A stretch of DNA of 43,708 nucleotides, counting the filler, from Jimgerdemannia flammicorona (lineage: Eukaryota): assembly GCA_003990765.1 (NCBI GenBank). It is 2 parts of 2 records of this genome, joined end to end, with 100 filler letters (N's around TTAATTAATTAA, not from the genome) between each part and the next. Parts side by side here need not be neighbours in the genome. Positions count along the whole stretch, not along the records: positions 21,905 to 43,708 come from RBNJ01001391.1; 1 more part is not named here. One strand, written 5' to 3'. The number at the start of each line of letters is the position of its first letter. Position 1 is the first letter of the stretch. Shown one piece after another: positions 21,905-34,420 of this stretch. The notes beneath the pieces are model-generated. The model saw only the letters and a program-made list of their open reading frames with translations. It was not told where the DNA came from and made no database searches. The position numbers and the translations under genes are program-made.

Positions 21905-24176
21905 CAACCCCTTCTCAGCCAGCAGGGAGGAGTTAAGGCACCAATGTCCAGGTCCATCTCCACTCCCCCCAAACTGCCCCTGCCCCAACAGTCCCCAATG
22001 ATCAGACCATGGGCACCACTCCACCCCCAGCACCTTCCAAACATCTAAACCCCAACACTCGGCTGTCAGAATCCAGTCAATCCTCGTACCTAAGCCATTC
22101 ACCCAATGTGTATAGACCCTGGAGTCACCCCACCTAGATCTGCCCATATCCCCTAGGGAACTCAGCTTCTCCACCTCCTCTCATGCATCCAGACCCCCAC
22201 TTCTCCCCCCTGCACTCCTCCCTCCATCAGTTCTGTCTAGATGCTGATCCCGAACCATGTTAAAGTCCCCACCGAGAACATCAACTCCTTCCTCCAACAG
22301 AATACCCTCCTCCAGTAGTTCCTCAATGTAAGAGGGTTACTTTTTAGGGTGACCGTTACGTAGTTCTGGAAAGGTTTTCTGGATATTCTGGATGTTCCGG
22401 AAGACCGTTTTCTTATAGTCAAGATCAATTTCATATGGAGTATGTCCTCTATGCTTATTGATTTCAAGATTGGGTTGACGTCTCAACCAAAGTCCTTCTT
22501 TGGACTAGTTCTGGATGTTCAGGATTTTCCATATTTCAGGAAGTTCAAGAAACTAAGACCAGCTTAGTTAAATTGGCATATTGCTGTAGACAATACCCAA
22601 TTAGAAAATTTCGTGATAGGGTTAGGAGTAGGACCTAACAGAGAGCGGATTTACTTAAGAGTGGTTTGTGGGTTATGAAATAGATTTATTTGCTATTCAT
22701 GATATTGCTATACTAGGAGTATTTGTGTAAAGGGATATTGTGGGGAAGTGCTCAGGAGTTGTGTTCGGATTGTTCAAGTCTGAGATTCTGAGGTCTGGGG
22801 GAGGGGGTATTTATACTAGTGAGGGGCTATCTGGACTATGCTGAATATGGATGTAGCACTAAGTGCCTTGCTGAGTCGGAATGCAGTCACGTAGTACAAG
22901 TGTGATCTGACATGTCAAGAGATCGTCTGACTGCTGAGTCAGTTCACAGTCATATCGTATAAGGCTAATCTATCTATACTATGACTGCTAGGCTATTTAT
23001 AGGTTTAGGCACTATCTGGGTAGTCTTTGATGACATCACTATTGATGACATCATCACTGGCAAAGTCTGAGCAGTTTTCTGACTTCTGATATCATCAGTT
23101 TTCAAGATGTCATCACTTCTATCTCTTATAAGATTAAGACTGTCCTTGGTGGCGGTGGTTGTACAAGGATAACAGGTCTTGGTTCTCTTTTTTTTTGGTC
23201 TGCTGGCGCATTTGCGAGGACTGGCCATTCTCGTCTAGGGCGAGGGCTCCCAATATCGCGGCTGGGGGTTCGAACCTCTCAGAAATGATATTTTCTGTAA
23301 TCCGAGGCAATTTCTAGTAGTAATATCTATCACATGGATGGCTTGAGATTGGTTTTGACGTTGTCGGCTTTCTTGAGTTCAGATGAAGTATCCGTCACTC
23401 TCCAACGGAGGTGACACAGATAAAGCGAACAGAGTTATTCAAATGTGTTTTGCTTCTACTGAGTAATGAGGTCTTGTATAGTCACGGTATATCTTGGTCT
23501 TGAGTTGATAAGTACAGTTCGTGAACCTTTTGATGGGTGAGATAGGGTTCTTCTTGTCTTTGATTTGAGTTTGGTACTTTCGGTTTCTTTTATAATAGTA
23601 CGGAACACCAAACTAGCTATAGTAGTTCAGAGTCAGTCTTATGGTTGTAGTACTTCTTCTAGTATTCTTGTATCTTGGCAGTGGGTTCTCGTGCTTGCTG
23701 GTGTATTTGTGTAACCAGATGATCTCTTCGGTAACTTGTTTTGTAGTCTTGCATGTGGTTTCCAAATTAGTTCTGAGGATACCATGCGATTTTAGTGGCT
23801 TGGAGGTTGTGCGCTTACACTCAATCCACACAATCCTCTCTCCCCTAACCACAGGGCAATAGCAAGAGCCAACCCTCACCGGCTCCCACCCCGGCTGCCG
23901 CCAATCACCCCAGACCAAATGATCACCCCAGTTCTTGATTCCCTCCAAGTCTCCTCTACCCTTCCTCACCAGAATCGCCACTTTTCCAAACCAAGCAGTA
24001 GCTCCTCCCCATTCCCTAGTCCACTCTATATGATCACTCTCATCCTCACACCGAACATCCTGTAGTAAAAAGAGATCAGCCCCCAATCCCTTGAGCCAAG
24101 TAAAAATGCTTTTACACCTCCCTGATCCCTGCAACCCATTCACATTCAACGAGAAAATGTTAGTTGTACTATTCAT
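21905..24176 (-). pseudogene. LINE ORF2 AP-endonuclease, split by the solo LTR at 22327-23819
   Basis: IFSLNVNGL, DLFLLQD, CYCP, then after the insertion LGGDFN, YTHW, TRIDWIL, WSDH, WCLNSSLL. Confidence 0.92.
22327..23819 (-). mobile_element. Solo LTR related to family B (1493 bp)
   Basis: TGTAAG...CTTACA termini and perfect 5-bp TSD CTCAA (22322-22326, 23820-23824). 22327-23040 and the last ~70 nt match B LTRs; the middle differs. Confidence 0.93.
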
Positions 24177-24208
24177 AAGGAATAATGTTGAAAGAGCGAT
24201 CCCATCAT

Positions 24209-26247
24209 CTACAAGTCCACATTCTGCTCCTCCTGCACCAAGTCCGAGTCATGCTCAGCAGCCAGTTCCCTTTCCCCAGCATCCTGCGCCTCCAGCCCTT
24301 TCAGAAGTTCTACCATTGCCCCATCTTCTTTCTCCTCAAAGTCCTCATGATACTCCATGCAAGCCTCCTGCCAGAACTGCAGACCACGATGCTCCGCCCA
24401 ACAGTAGGCTGCCCGCTCACCTGCAACCACTACTAGCTCTGTCTTCCTCACCTCATCAATCTCATATCCCTCCTCCTCCAAGAGGATTGCCAGAATCTCC
24501 ACCCCCAGTGCCTCCATCACTCCATTGCCACGCAGAATACTCGCCCAGTGTTCCTCAGGCATTACCTGCAGGTCCACATCCCCCAATGCCTCAGCCGCAA
24601 GGTTATCCATCACCTTGCTCAACCACAGCAAGTTTCCCACCTCCTTCCCTCCCAGAGTCCCCGGCCACCCAGCATCCAACATCGTGGTATCAGTACCTAC
24701 ACTGGCAGCCTCATCCCATGCCTCCTCAGGGACGTCCACCAGCTCATCCTCCCAACTGCCACCACCTGGCCCCCTTTCGCCACATCTGGGACCCCAAAGG
24801 TAACATGCTGGGCCCCCTGCATCTGTACATCTTCCGCCACCACTCTCTGCCCCACCGGGCCCCTCCTGACTAGAGGGGGGGGAGTGCCATCAGACTTTGC
24901 CTCCCAAACTTCGAAAGTACCATCGGCATAGGGATCTCTGCCCAGCACCTTTGCAGCCCATTCCTCTGTCCCCACCACCTCCTTCCCTCCTTCGCTAGCC
25001 CATACACTGGCTTTGACGCCTCCAGACTCCACAGCCCCATCCACCTTCCTCTTCTCCCCTCCTGTCATACTCGCCAAGAGCTCCCTCTGCCTCTTGTGGC
25101 CCTGGGCCCTCTCCCACTGCTTCTTATCAGTGCGCACACGCTTCCCATTCACAATCTCCAGATGCGTCGACTCCTCAAATAGCTTCCAGACTTTCATCCT
25201 CCTCTCCACAGCCCCACCCAACTCCTCCAGCACCTCCAACAAGTCCTCCTCCTCTTCCTCACTCCCCTTTACCCTTGACACCTTACAGACGAATGCCCCC
25301 CACATCAGTACTGAGGGCCAGTCACTCATCTTCCCCATGGCCTCCTTCCCTGCCAGCCGGATCCTGACATCGACATTGCCCATCCTGAACGTAGTCCCCT
25401 CCCACACCTGAAATCCAACATCCACCACATCACCATACTCCACCATCACCTCCTCTACCCTCTTCCTAGTCTCCTCCTTAGACACTGTGGGCACCCCCCT
25501 CACCAGAAGCTGCACCACCCTGGGGTCCCACCTCAAGCACTGCACCATGGGCACCACCACCTCTCCAACTATAACTCCAGTCTTCAGGGCCTCATCCAGT
25601 GGGCCCACTTCCTCAAAGCCCACCTCAACCCCCTCCAAGCCCTTCAGGAACTTCACTGAGGCAGTCTCCGCCACTTGCTTCGAAATCAGTCCCAGAACCA
25701 TCCTTGCCGTCACCGCCAAGCCCCAGAAGCACAATGTGACCGCGAACTCCGAAATCGATTTCTTGAGCAACAGGGCCACCACCAGCCCCGTTACACCATC
25801 CGCCAGGTCCCCCTCCTACATCGGGAACCCCTGACCCCCTTGGCCATCAGCCATCACATCTCTTTTTTTTTCCCTATTCGCCGTCACACCCCCATTAGCA
25901 GTCCCACCCCCAGCCACAGCTCCTCCAGACCCTACGCTCATACCTCCAACCTGAGGACCACCCCCCCTCCCAAGGCTCACCTTGCCCTTCCCCACAGCAG
26001 CACCAGCCCTGTCTCCAGCCCTGTCTCCAACTGGCCATCCACTCCCCTTCACCTTGTTAGCAAAGCTGGAGGGGCCAGCCCATCCCCTGTTACCACCCAA
26101 CACCGGTTCTCCTCCAGAGCCCTCTCCGTCTTTCGATCCTCCAAAGGCCCCCATCCCCAGGCCAAAACCCCTCCCTACCTCCTGCCAGCCGAAGGCCCCA
26201 GCTCCCTCCGACCCAGTACGCCTGTCGGAACTCTTGCTTGAAGACAT
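24209..26247 (-). pseudogene. LINE ORF1 (~680 codons; premature TAG at 25816, frameshift near 24750)
   Basis: ORFs 25816-26247 and 24697-25782 share a frame. RRM-like segment VVQLLVRGVP...VMVEYGDVVDV...GNVDVRIRL. Ends 32 nt before ORF2. Confidence 0.8.
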
Positions 26248-26314
26248 GTTGATAGTACCTTCTCTCCTAGTAGTGTCGAAAACTGTTGCTTGAAGTCTTG
26301 TGTAATGTGAATTG

Positions 26315-26873
26315 TGGTATTCAGGAGTTGTTGTATGTTTGGATTGTTCAAGTCTGAGATTCTGAGATCTGGGAGAGAGGATATTTATGCTAATGAGAAG
26401 CTATCTGAACTATACTGAATATGGATATAGTACTTAGTATCTTATTGAGTTAGTTCACAGTTATATTATATGAGGCTAATCTAACTATACTAATAACTGT
26501 TAAGCTATCTATAGATTTATACACTGTCTGAATAGTCTTCAATAACATTACTATCAATAATATTATCTCTAATAAAGTAGTTATTTAGGAAGAACAGTTC
26601 TCAGATTTCTTCTCTCTATTTGCTCAGATAAAGATCTCATCACCATCCTACAGAATGTCATCATCTGTCTCATATACTAGATATGGAGTTGGTGGGTGAA
26701 GGAGGAGTATATCATCTTTGCTTTTATCAGATTCACTATCTGCATACTTTTTATAAATTATAGTACTATATATTGCTGAGTTGTAGTAAGCTGGTAGCTA
26801 TTATTCATATCACTCATACTCAGATAGTGGGGTTATAGGTTTGATCTTAAGGGTTGTCTGGAGGTATAGCTTA
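26315..26873 (-). repeat. Older B-family LTR fragment, left part (target of element B)
   Basis: Aligns with ~27295-27910 and continues at 43466-43708. Confidence 0.85.
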
Positions 26874-28901
26874 TGTAAGAGGGTTGCTTTTTAGGGTAAC
26901 TGTTACATAGTTCTGGAAGGGATTTCTGGAAGTTCTGGATATTCTGGAAGACTGTTTTCTTATGGTCAAGATCAATTTCATATGGAGTATGTCCTCTATA
27001 CTTATTGATTTTAAGATTGGGTTGACATCTCAACCAAAGTCCTTTTTCAGACTAGTTCTGAATGTTCAGGATTTTTCATTTTCAGGAAGTTCAAGAAACT
27101 AAGACCAGCTTAGTTGAATTGGCATATTGCTGCAGACAATACCCAATTAGAAAATTTTGTAATGGAGTTAGGAGTGGGACCTAACAGAAAGCAGATTTAC
27201 TTAAGAGTAGTTTGTGGGTTATTAAATAGGTTTATTTACTATTCATGATATTGCTATACTAGGAGTAGTTGTGTGAAGGGATATTATAGGGAAGTATTCA
27301 GAAATGTTCTTATGTGTTTGAGTCTGTTCAGGTCTGAGATTCTGAGGTCTGGGGGAGGGGGTATTTATGCTAGTGAGGGACTATCTGGACTATACTAGAT
27401 ATGGATATAGCACTTAGTATCTTGCTGAGTCAGAATGTAGTCATGTAGTACAAGTGTGATCTGACATGTCAAGAGATCATCTGACTGCTGAGTCAGTTCA
27501 CAGTCATATCATATAAGGCTAATCTAACTATACTATAACTACTAAGCTATTTATAGATTTAGGTGCTGTCTAGGTAGTCATCAATAATATCATCTCTAAT
27601 GAAGTAGTTATATAGGAAGAGTGGTTCGCAGATTACTTCTCCTTGTTCACTGAGATAATAATACATTGGAACTTTGTCACCATCCTATAGGATAACATCA
27701 TCTGTCTCATATACTGAATAAGACATTAGTGGGCGAAGGAGTGATATATCATCTTTGCTTTTATCAGATTCACTGTCTGCATACCTTCTATAGATTACAG
27801 CACTATGAGTTACAGGGTTATAGTAAGCTAGTGGCTGTGGTTCATATTGCTTGTACTCAGGTAGTGGAGTTGTTGGTTCAATCTCAAGGGTTGTCTAAAG
27901 GTACAGGTTGTATTCTTCAGTCTCTTCATTATAGTTGAAGTAATCAGGGGTGAATGTAGGTTGGTATTCATGCCAGTGGTCATTGTCCCAATAAGTCTCA
28001 TATGTAGTTATAAACTGTTATAAGTTCATCAGCAGGGTTGGTGGTATGATCAGGGTTGGTAGAGATCCTTGGCTTGAGGTCATGACATGTCAAAGGGATC
28101 ATTGTCTTCTGCTTCATCTTCATCAAATTAGATTATATCATAGACATCCTTCATAGCATATCCAACTTAGGGCATTTGCAGGATGTAGTTGTTGGGGTGT
28201 GGAAAGATTCTGTCAGTAGTCTGGACATACTCAAGATACTTGTGGTTGAGTTCTTGTATCATGTTGTCGATTTGGCCATAGGACAGAGTAGTAACCATTT
28301 CACTGATAATAACTTAGAGGTGGGGAATAAAGGTACTGTACTCATAGAAGAGTTCTCTATATTTGCAGACAATGAGCTTCTAGTGTTGAGATATCTAGGT
28401 AATATCTATATCATAGTAGTGTTCGACCATGTCTTCTAGGAGGCAGTCAATTTGGTAGTAGCTTGAGATTTGTCTGATTCAGTGAGCCTTGCTAAGCATG
28501 TTCAGGGTATTCTATCAGGCTTTCACAAAGTAGAGGGGTACTAAGCTATGGATATTCATGAGGGGCAGAGGGGGTGTGGCTCAGTTGACAATGGCATTCC
28601 AAATGTTAGCACAGATGCAGTTGTAGATTTCAGTGGTCATGTTTGTATACATATGTTCAGAAGTTGTAGTTGTTGTTTGTTTTGGTTCGCTGTTTCGATG
28701 TGCCTTGGTACTTGGTATATATACATTTGGTCCTGATTGGTCAGATTCTGTATATGAATCTTGTGTTCTGTGACTTTATATTGACTCAGCTTTGTATGCT
28801 GTGACTTTGGTTTGACTCAGCTTTGTAATCTTGCAGGTGATTTCCAGATTTTTTCAGAGGGTGACATGTGATTTTGGTGGCTTGGAGGTTGTGCACTTAT
28901 A
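26874..28901 (-). repeat. 3' LTR of element B
   Basis: tgtaagaggg...gcacttata, adjacent to the minus-strand purine tract AAGAAGGGGAGAGT; colinear with 41438-43465. Confidence 0.92.
27559..28640 (-). pseudogene. LTR-encoded ORF of unknown function, 3' LTR copy
   Basis: Starts MTTEIYNCICANIWNAIVN; homologous to 42124-43206, with a net 1-nt loss near 28085. Confidence 0.65.
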
Positions 28902-29349
28902 ACTCTCCCCTTCTTAGCTTTTGATGTCCTCATCAGGGCTTCTAATTTTGTTCTAGTATTGTTACACTGTTTGGGAGGTCAAAAGTCCAGTAAGGTCTAT
29001 TTTTTTCAGAAAGTGGTATACTTATAATACAGTTGTCTAATACATTGGATTCATATATTAAAGGGTTGTGTGTTCAATGCTGTATGCCAGAAGTGATTCT
29101 GATGTCATTCACTGCTGGAGAATTTCCTCTAAGGAATCTTCTTAAATGTCTATGTCTCATTTCCCACCAGTGATATGGTGAGAATAGGCTGGCTTTCAGT
29201 TTTGCTATTTTTTTAGAGAGTCGGTATTCTTTTGTCTTGACTTGCTGAGTTCTTAATTTGATTGATGATAATTATATTATTCAGGAGGGTAATATATAGT
29301 ATGTACTTATAGGTGTTGGAGTATTCAGATTTCAGTTGTTTAAGGAATC

Positions 29350-30690
29350 ATATTCCTGAACTAAGTCAGTAGTATTCTGGAGATTGGTCTTGGGTTCCCA
29401 GGTTGTATCATGGATTGGATAACCTTTCCATTTGACAAGGTACTCAGGGTGGTTCTTGTGGCTATGTTTGTTGAGAATTTGTTCAACTTTGTATTCTTCC
29501 TGGTCATTAATAATGACAGGTACAGGTGGTTCTGTGATTCAGTTTGGGAATAGTTCATCATCATTGTCATTATATCACTTGAGATGTTAGACATTGAAGA
29601 CTGAGTAAATCTTAATGGTGTCTGGTAGTGCTAATTTGTAGGAGGTCAGAGAGACTTGTGCAATGACTTCAAATGGTCCAATGAACTTGCTGTTCAGCTT
29701 TGTAGATAGTCTGTGCTTGAGGTTGTCAACTCGGTATCATCAGATGTCTAGTAGAACTTTTTCTCCAATATCAAAGGTTTCTTCTCAGCAGTGTTGGTTA
29801 ACATACTATAACTGTTGTTCTTGAGCTCATGATAAATTCTCAGTGGCAATCTGACTTAGATTGCATATTCAGAGCAGGAATTCTTCAACAGCTTCGACTG
29901 TGGAGAGTTCATCAGTAGTTCAGATAAGTGTGAGAGAGGTGTTTGGGCTTTGTTCAGTATTGTTGAAGAATGGGGTCATTCTAAGAGAGGCTTGCTTTCT
30001 GTTATTATAGGCAAACTCAACTGCAGTGAGGTGTTCATGCCAATCATCTTGTCTGTAGGAGACATAGTTCCTTAGTATTTATTCTAGAGTCTGGTTCATT
30101 CTTTCAGTTTGGCCATCAGTTTCGGGATGAAAGGCTGTGGATAGTGCAAGTTTTATTCCAAGGTGTGCATGGAGGGCTTTCCAAAAATGGCTAGTGAATT
30201 TTGGGTCTTAGTTGCTAATAATGATCTTAGGAAGACCATGATAGCAGAAGATGTTGTCAAACAAGAGTGTAGCTATATCTAGTACTGTTGCAGTAGTAGT
30301 AGTTAGCACAAAGTAGGCTTGTTTGCTGAGATAATCTATGAAGACAACAATTGCATCTTTCCCATTCTTGGTTCGGGGTAGTTATATAATGAAGTTCATA
30401 GAGATTTGTTCCCAATTAGCAGATGGTACTAGGATAGAGTGGAGTAGGCCAGGTTTTGCTAGTGTTGAGGACTTATTCCATTGACAAGTGTTATAGGAAG
30501 TGATGTAGGTCTTTAGCTGATCTGCCATACAGGGCCAATAGAAGTTTCAGGAGATAACTTCATAGTATTTATCAAATCCTAAATGTCCAGCAGTAGGCAT
30601 ATCATGACATTTGAATAGGATGGTCCTTCAGAGATCTCAGTTGTTTGGAACATACAATCTGTCCTTGTAGTAGATAGCATTGTCCTTCAG
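29350..30690 (-). pseudogene. Integrase plus chromodomain of B
   Basis: [46 protein letters not shown]...EYLVKWKGYPIHDTTWEP. Confidence 0.92.
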
Positions 30691-30849
30691 TTAGTATTGA
30701 TAATATTGAGTATATTTGTCAGCATTGTCACTGCTGAGGATTTCTCAGAGTGCTTGAGCTTCCTTATTATTAATACATGCTATGATAATTTGTTCCATGA
30801 TGGAGTTTGTAACCAGGATAAGAGTTTGGATAACTTCTTCAATTGGTAG

Positions 30850-32170
30850 TCTTAAGATTGCATCAGCAACAATATTTTCCTTACCAGGGCAATATTGAAT
30901 TTCATAGTCAAAGTTGGTAAGGACTTTCATCCATCTGGCTTACTTTCGAGAAAGGGTAGCCTGTGTCTTGATGTTGACTAATAACTTGTAGTCAGTCAAT
31001 ATAGTGAAGTGTACTCCTTCTAGGTATGGTTGCCATTTGTTCAGAGTGTCTACAATGGCTAGCATTTCCTTCTCGTGAGTTGTGTAGTTGATTTTGGTAT
31101 CATTGAACTTGTGAGAGTGATAGGCCACAGAGTGTCCTTCTTGCATGAGTACTGCTCCAAGAGCTAGGTTAGAGGTATCAGTAGTAACTTCATATAGTAG
31201 GGCAGAGTTTGCTGCTTGAAGTACTGGAGTGGTTATCAGGGCATCCTTTAGTGCTTGAAAGGTAGTATCTTACTCAGGTCCTCAATTCACAAGATTGTTG
31301 AAATCTTTCTCTTATTTCATAGTCCAGAGCTGTTCTTCTTTCTTATTATACTTGGTCATTTGGGTAAGGACAGTGGCAATTTTAGCAAAGTTGGCAACAA
31401 ATCACCTGTAATAGTTTGCTAATCCCAGGAATGACTGGAGGTCTTTCAGCTTCTTGAGTCTGGGCCAATCCTTAATTGTGGAGATTTTGCTGAAGTTTAC
31501 TTTAATTCCATTCAAAGTGATAATGTGTCTAAGGAATTGAATTTCCTTTAGAAGGAATTCACACTTGCTGAGTTTTGCAAAGAGTCAGTTTTCTTAGAGT
31601 TTCAGTAGTACTAGTTCAAGATATTCAAGATATTCCTCCAGGGTTTTGCTGAAGACTAGGATGTCATTGATGTAGACAACAACAAATTTGTCCAGGTATG
31701 GGTACAGGATAGTATTCATCAGAGTCTGGAAGGTTGCAGGAGTATTAGTTAAGCCAAAGGACATAACCAGGAACTTGAAGTATCCATAGTGGGTTCAGAA
31801 GGCTGTCTTGTAGATGTCTTCTTCTTTCATGACAATTTGCCAGTAACCATTTCATAGGTCAAAAGAGCTCATGAATTGTGGGTTGGTAAGCCTATCAAAT
31901 ATTTCATCAATTCTTGGTAGTGGACAATAGTTCTTGATGGTCTGTTCATTGAGGTCATGGTAATCAATATATATTCACAGATCTTCTTCTTTCTTGACAA
32001 TAAAGAGGACTAGTGCACTATAGGGTGATATACTGGGTATGATGAATTCTTGTTCTAGAAGTTCATCAATTTCTTTCTTGAGTGCATCAATTTCTCTTGG
32101 CAACATGTGGTTGATTGACTTGAAGGCTGGCTTGGCATCTGAAATAGTCTTGATGGTATGGTCTACTGCT
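30850..32170 (-). pseudogene. pol: RT plus RNase H of B
   Basis: [28 protein letters not shown] (31663-31674, decayed YIDD), FLGLANYY, NYTTHEKEMLAIV, GKENIVAD. Confidence 0.92.
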
Positions 32171-32449
32171 CATTTAAGAGGTAGGCCTTTTAGAAGCTTC
32201 TTTGGGAATATATCTCAGAATTTCTGGAGTAATAGTCTGACATGACTGTCAACTTTGGAAAAATCTTCTTCAGAGTTCTCAGGTTCTCCTCTGGATAGGC
32301 AGATGGAGATGGCAAAGAGAGGGCATTTCTTGGCCAATTTCTTGAGCTATAACTTGTTGATATAGGTGATCTTTGGTCTAGGATCAATAGGACTGAGTGG
32401 GTCCTTTTCACCTTACAGTTTGAAGTTGTGGCATCCTTTCTTGATAGTT

Positions 32450-32765
32450 AGAGAATGGTTTATCCAATCAATCATAGGGTTCTCTTGTTTCAACTATAAA
32501 GTTTCAAGAATGATCTCATTGTCAGGAAGTGGTACAATTTGGGGGGTAACATGTACTTGATAGTCACTAATTCAGAAGGGTAGATTGCAGACTTCCTTGC
32601 TAATGACATGTGAGGTTCTATCAGCTGTGGCAACTGCTTGAGTTTGTTGTACCAGGGAGGTGAAGACCTTGAGTCTGTTGGCTGTTTCTTTATTGATAAA
32701 GTTGCCTGAGGCATTGCTGTCTATTATAATCTTGACAGGAGCTCGGTTGACAAAAGCTTAGAGTG
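32450..32765 (-). pseudogene. Protease of B
   Basis: VKIIIDSNASGNFINK (decayed DSG motif). Confidence 0.75.
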
Positions 32766-32989
32766 TAAGCAGTTTGTCTGATCCAATAGTAGTAATTTTG
32801 GTTATAGGAGCTTTCCTTCTGTTGGTTCTTCTTTGAGCTAGTTCGTTGACATAAGAGAAGCAATCATCAATTATTTGGGAAGAGTACATTCTAATGCCAT
32901 GGGGGTATCAGCCACTTGGTACATATCTGTCTTTGATTTTCTTGTAGAATTGTTCTTCTTTGTTCATGGTAGGTTGGGCTGGGGCCTTG

Positions 32990-33402
32990 TTTGATGAACC
33001 AAATCCTTTAGATCCTCAGATAGTAGGTAGTAGTTCAGAGACTTCCTTGACTGTCAGAGTTGACTCAATTTCTCAAATAGGATCTGGGTAATACAGAAAC
33101 CTATGGGAATCTTAAAGGGTGTCCAACTGTGGTTTCAGATAAGGACAATAATTTCGCCTATATAATCTTCATCAATGACTCCTCCTTCTACTGAGAGTCC
33201 TTTCAATGCTAGGCTGCTGCGACAGCATATTCTTCCAACATGTCCTTCAGGGATTTGGATGCTGATTCCTGTATAGACTTGCTTGACTTCTCAGTTGGAG
33301 ACTGTAGCTTCTTCAGCTGCATACAGATCATATCCAGCTACCTTTTGACTTCCTTTGGTTGGGGCCTTAGTAGTTTGCCTTAACTTGACAAAGTACAGTA
33401 TT
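32990..33402 (-). pseudogene. dut: dUTPase of B, between gag and PR
   Basis: APTKGSQKVAGYDLYA, TGISIQIPEGHVGRI, GGVIDEDY, *GSKGFGSS. Confidence 0.9.
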
Positions 33403-33439
33403 CTGGTAGTCAGGTTGTGCAGAGTAGTAACAGTTGCTC

Positions 33440-34420
33440 ATGTTGTTGTTTGGGGTTTTCGGTTGGGGCAGACACTGGCCATGTATCCTGTCTTTCAGCA
33501 ATAGAAGTATGCTCTGCTTCTTCAAAGTTCATTCCTTTCTCCTTCAGTGAGTTTCTTGAAGGTACTTGGCTGGATGGGTTCATGATTTCTGAGTGTTTAT
33601 GAGAGAGCTCAGGATGCATCATGCTTGGGTTCTTCTTTCTTAGTCCAAGTCTTTTCCTTGTTGTTGAATTGTCTTCAGGGCAGAATGGGTCCAGCTGTTA
33701 GGATTCACTTGACCATAGTCTTGATTCTTGCCAGGCACCATTATTGGTGATCACAACCAACTGGGTGGCCTTGTTCTCAGATTTTTCTAGTAAGTCATTC
33801 AGGCAGGGTATCAAATAAATGGTCTGCTCTTGTACCATTTCATGCTTCATCATTGGTAATATATCCTAGGCCAACAGTATTCAAGAGTAACTTGAGTTTT
33901 GTATAGAAGATTTTGAATTCTTCTTTGCTATGTATATCGAATTTGAGGTTGTGGAGTTTTACTTGAGATTCAGCAATCATGGTTTCACTGTAGTATTGAG
34001 CAATCATGAGTTGTTTGAGTCCAGGGGCTGCAGGATGGACTCTATATCCTGGGACATTGTTTGCTACATTCTGAGCAACTACTGCAGATCAGGTGTCCCA
34101 TGTGAGGGATTTTTCAGGAAGAGTTCACCACCATTCTTCAGTGGGTCCTCAGAAGAATGTAACAACTTGGTGGACATAGGCTGTAGTAGTAGCAAAGAGT
34201 TGTTCCAGAGTGTGGTCTTGATTGTTTGTCAGAAGGCAGTCAGCAACTCACTCATTGGTCTATTGATTGGCTTTAAAGTTGGTGTCAACTATACTAATAA
34301 AGCTTTGGACTTCTTGTGCAGTACCATTGAAGGTAGGTAGGCTCAGATTTTTGGTAGATTAGGTCTGTTCAGCTAAGGCAGTAATGGTTGCTACCATTAT
34401 GGCTACCTGGGCTGTAAGGT
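33440..34420 (-). pseudogene. gag: gag core of B with decayed CCHC knuckle
   Basis: LPTFNGTAQEVQSF at the start; YFYC*KTGYMASVC near 33460-33510. Confidence 0.75.

Larger units (their letters stand above)
21905..26314 (-). mobile_element. L1/Tx1-like LINE copy 2, better preserved, cut by the gap and interrupted by a solo LTR
   Basis: 5' head at 26248-26314, ORF1 at 26247-24209, ORF2 ATG at 24176 with APE motifs. Confidence 0.92.

Noticed and set aside
23613..24176. 187-aa ORF as an intact endonuclease gene
   Set aside because: Chimeric: the APE N-terminus reads through into the inserted solo LTR after 23820.
24091..26293. Pro/Ser-rich plus-strand ORFs (e.g. 24091-24873, 25675-26241)
   Set aside because: Antisense shadows of the purine-rich LINE ORF1.
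28915..28940. Minus-strand CTGATGAGGACATCAAAAG as a hammerhead ribozyme core
   Set aside because: No GAAA or convincing stems. GAGGAC precedes the PPT in all three Gypsy families here (also ~6470 and ~35542), so it is a shared pre-PPT motif.
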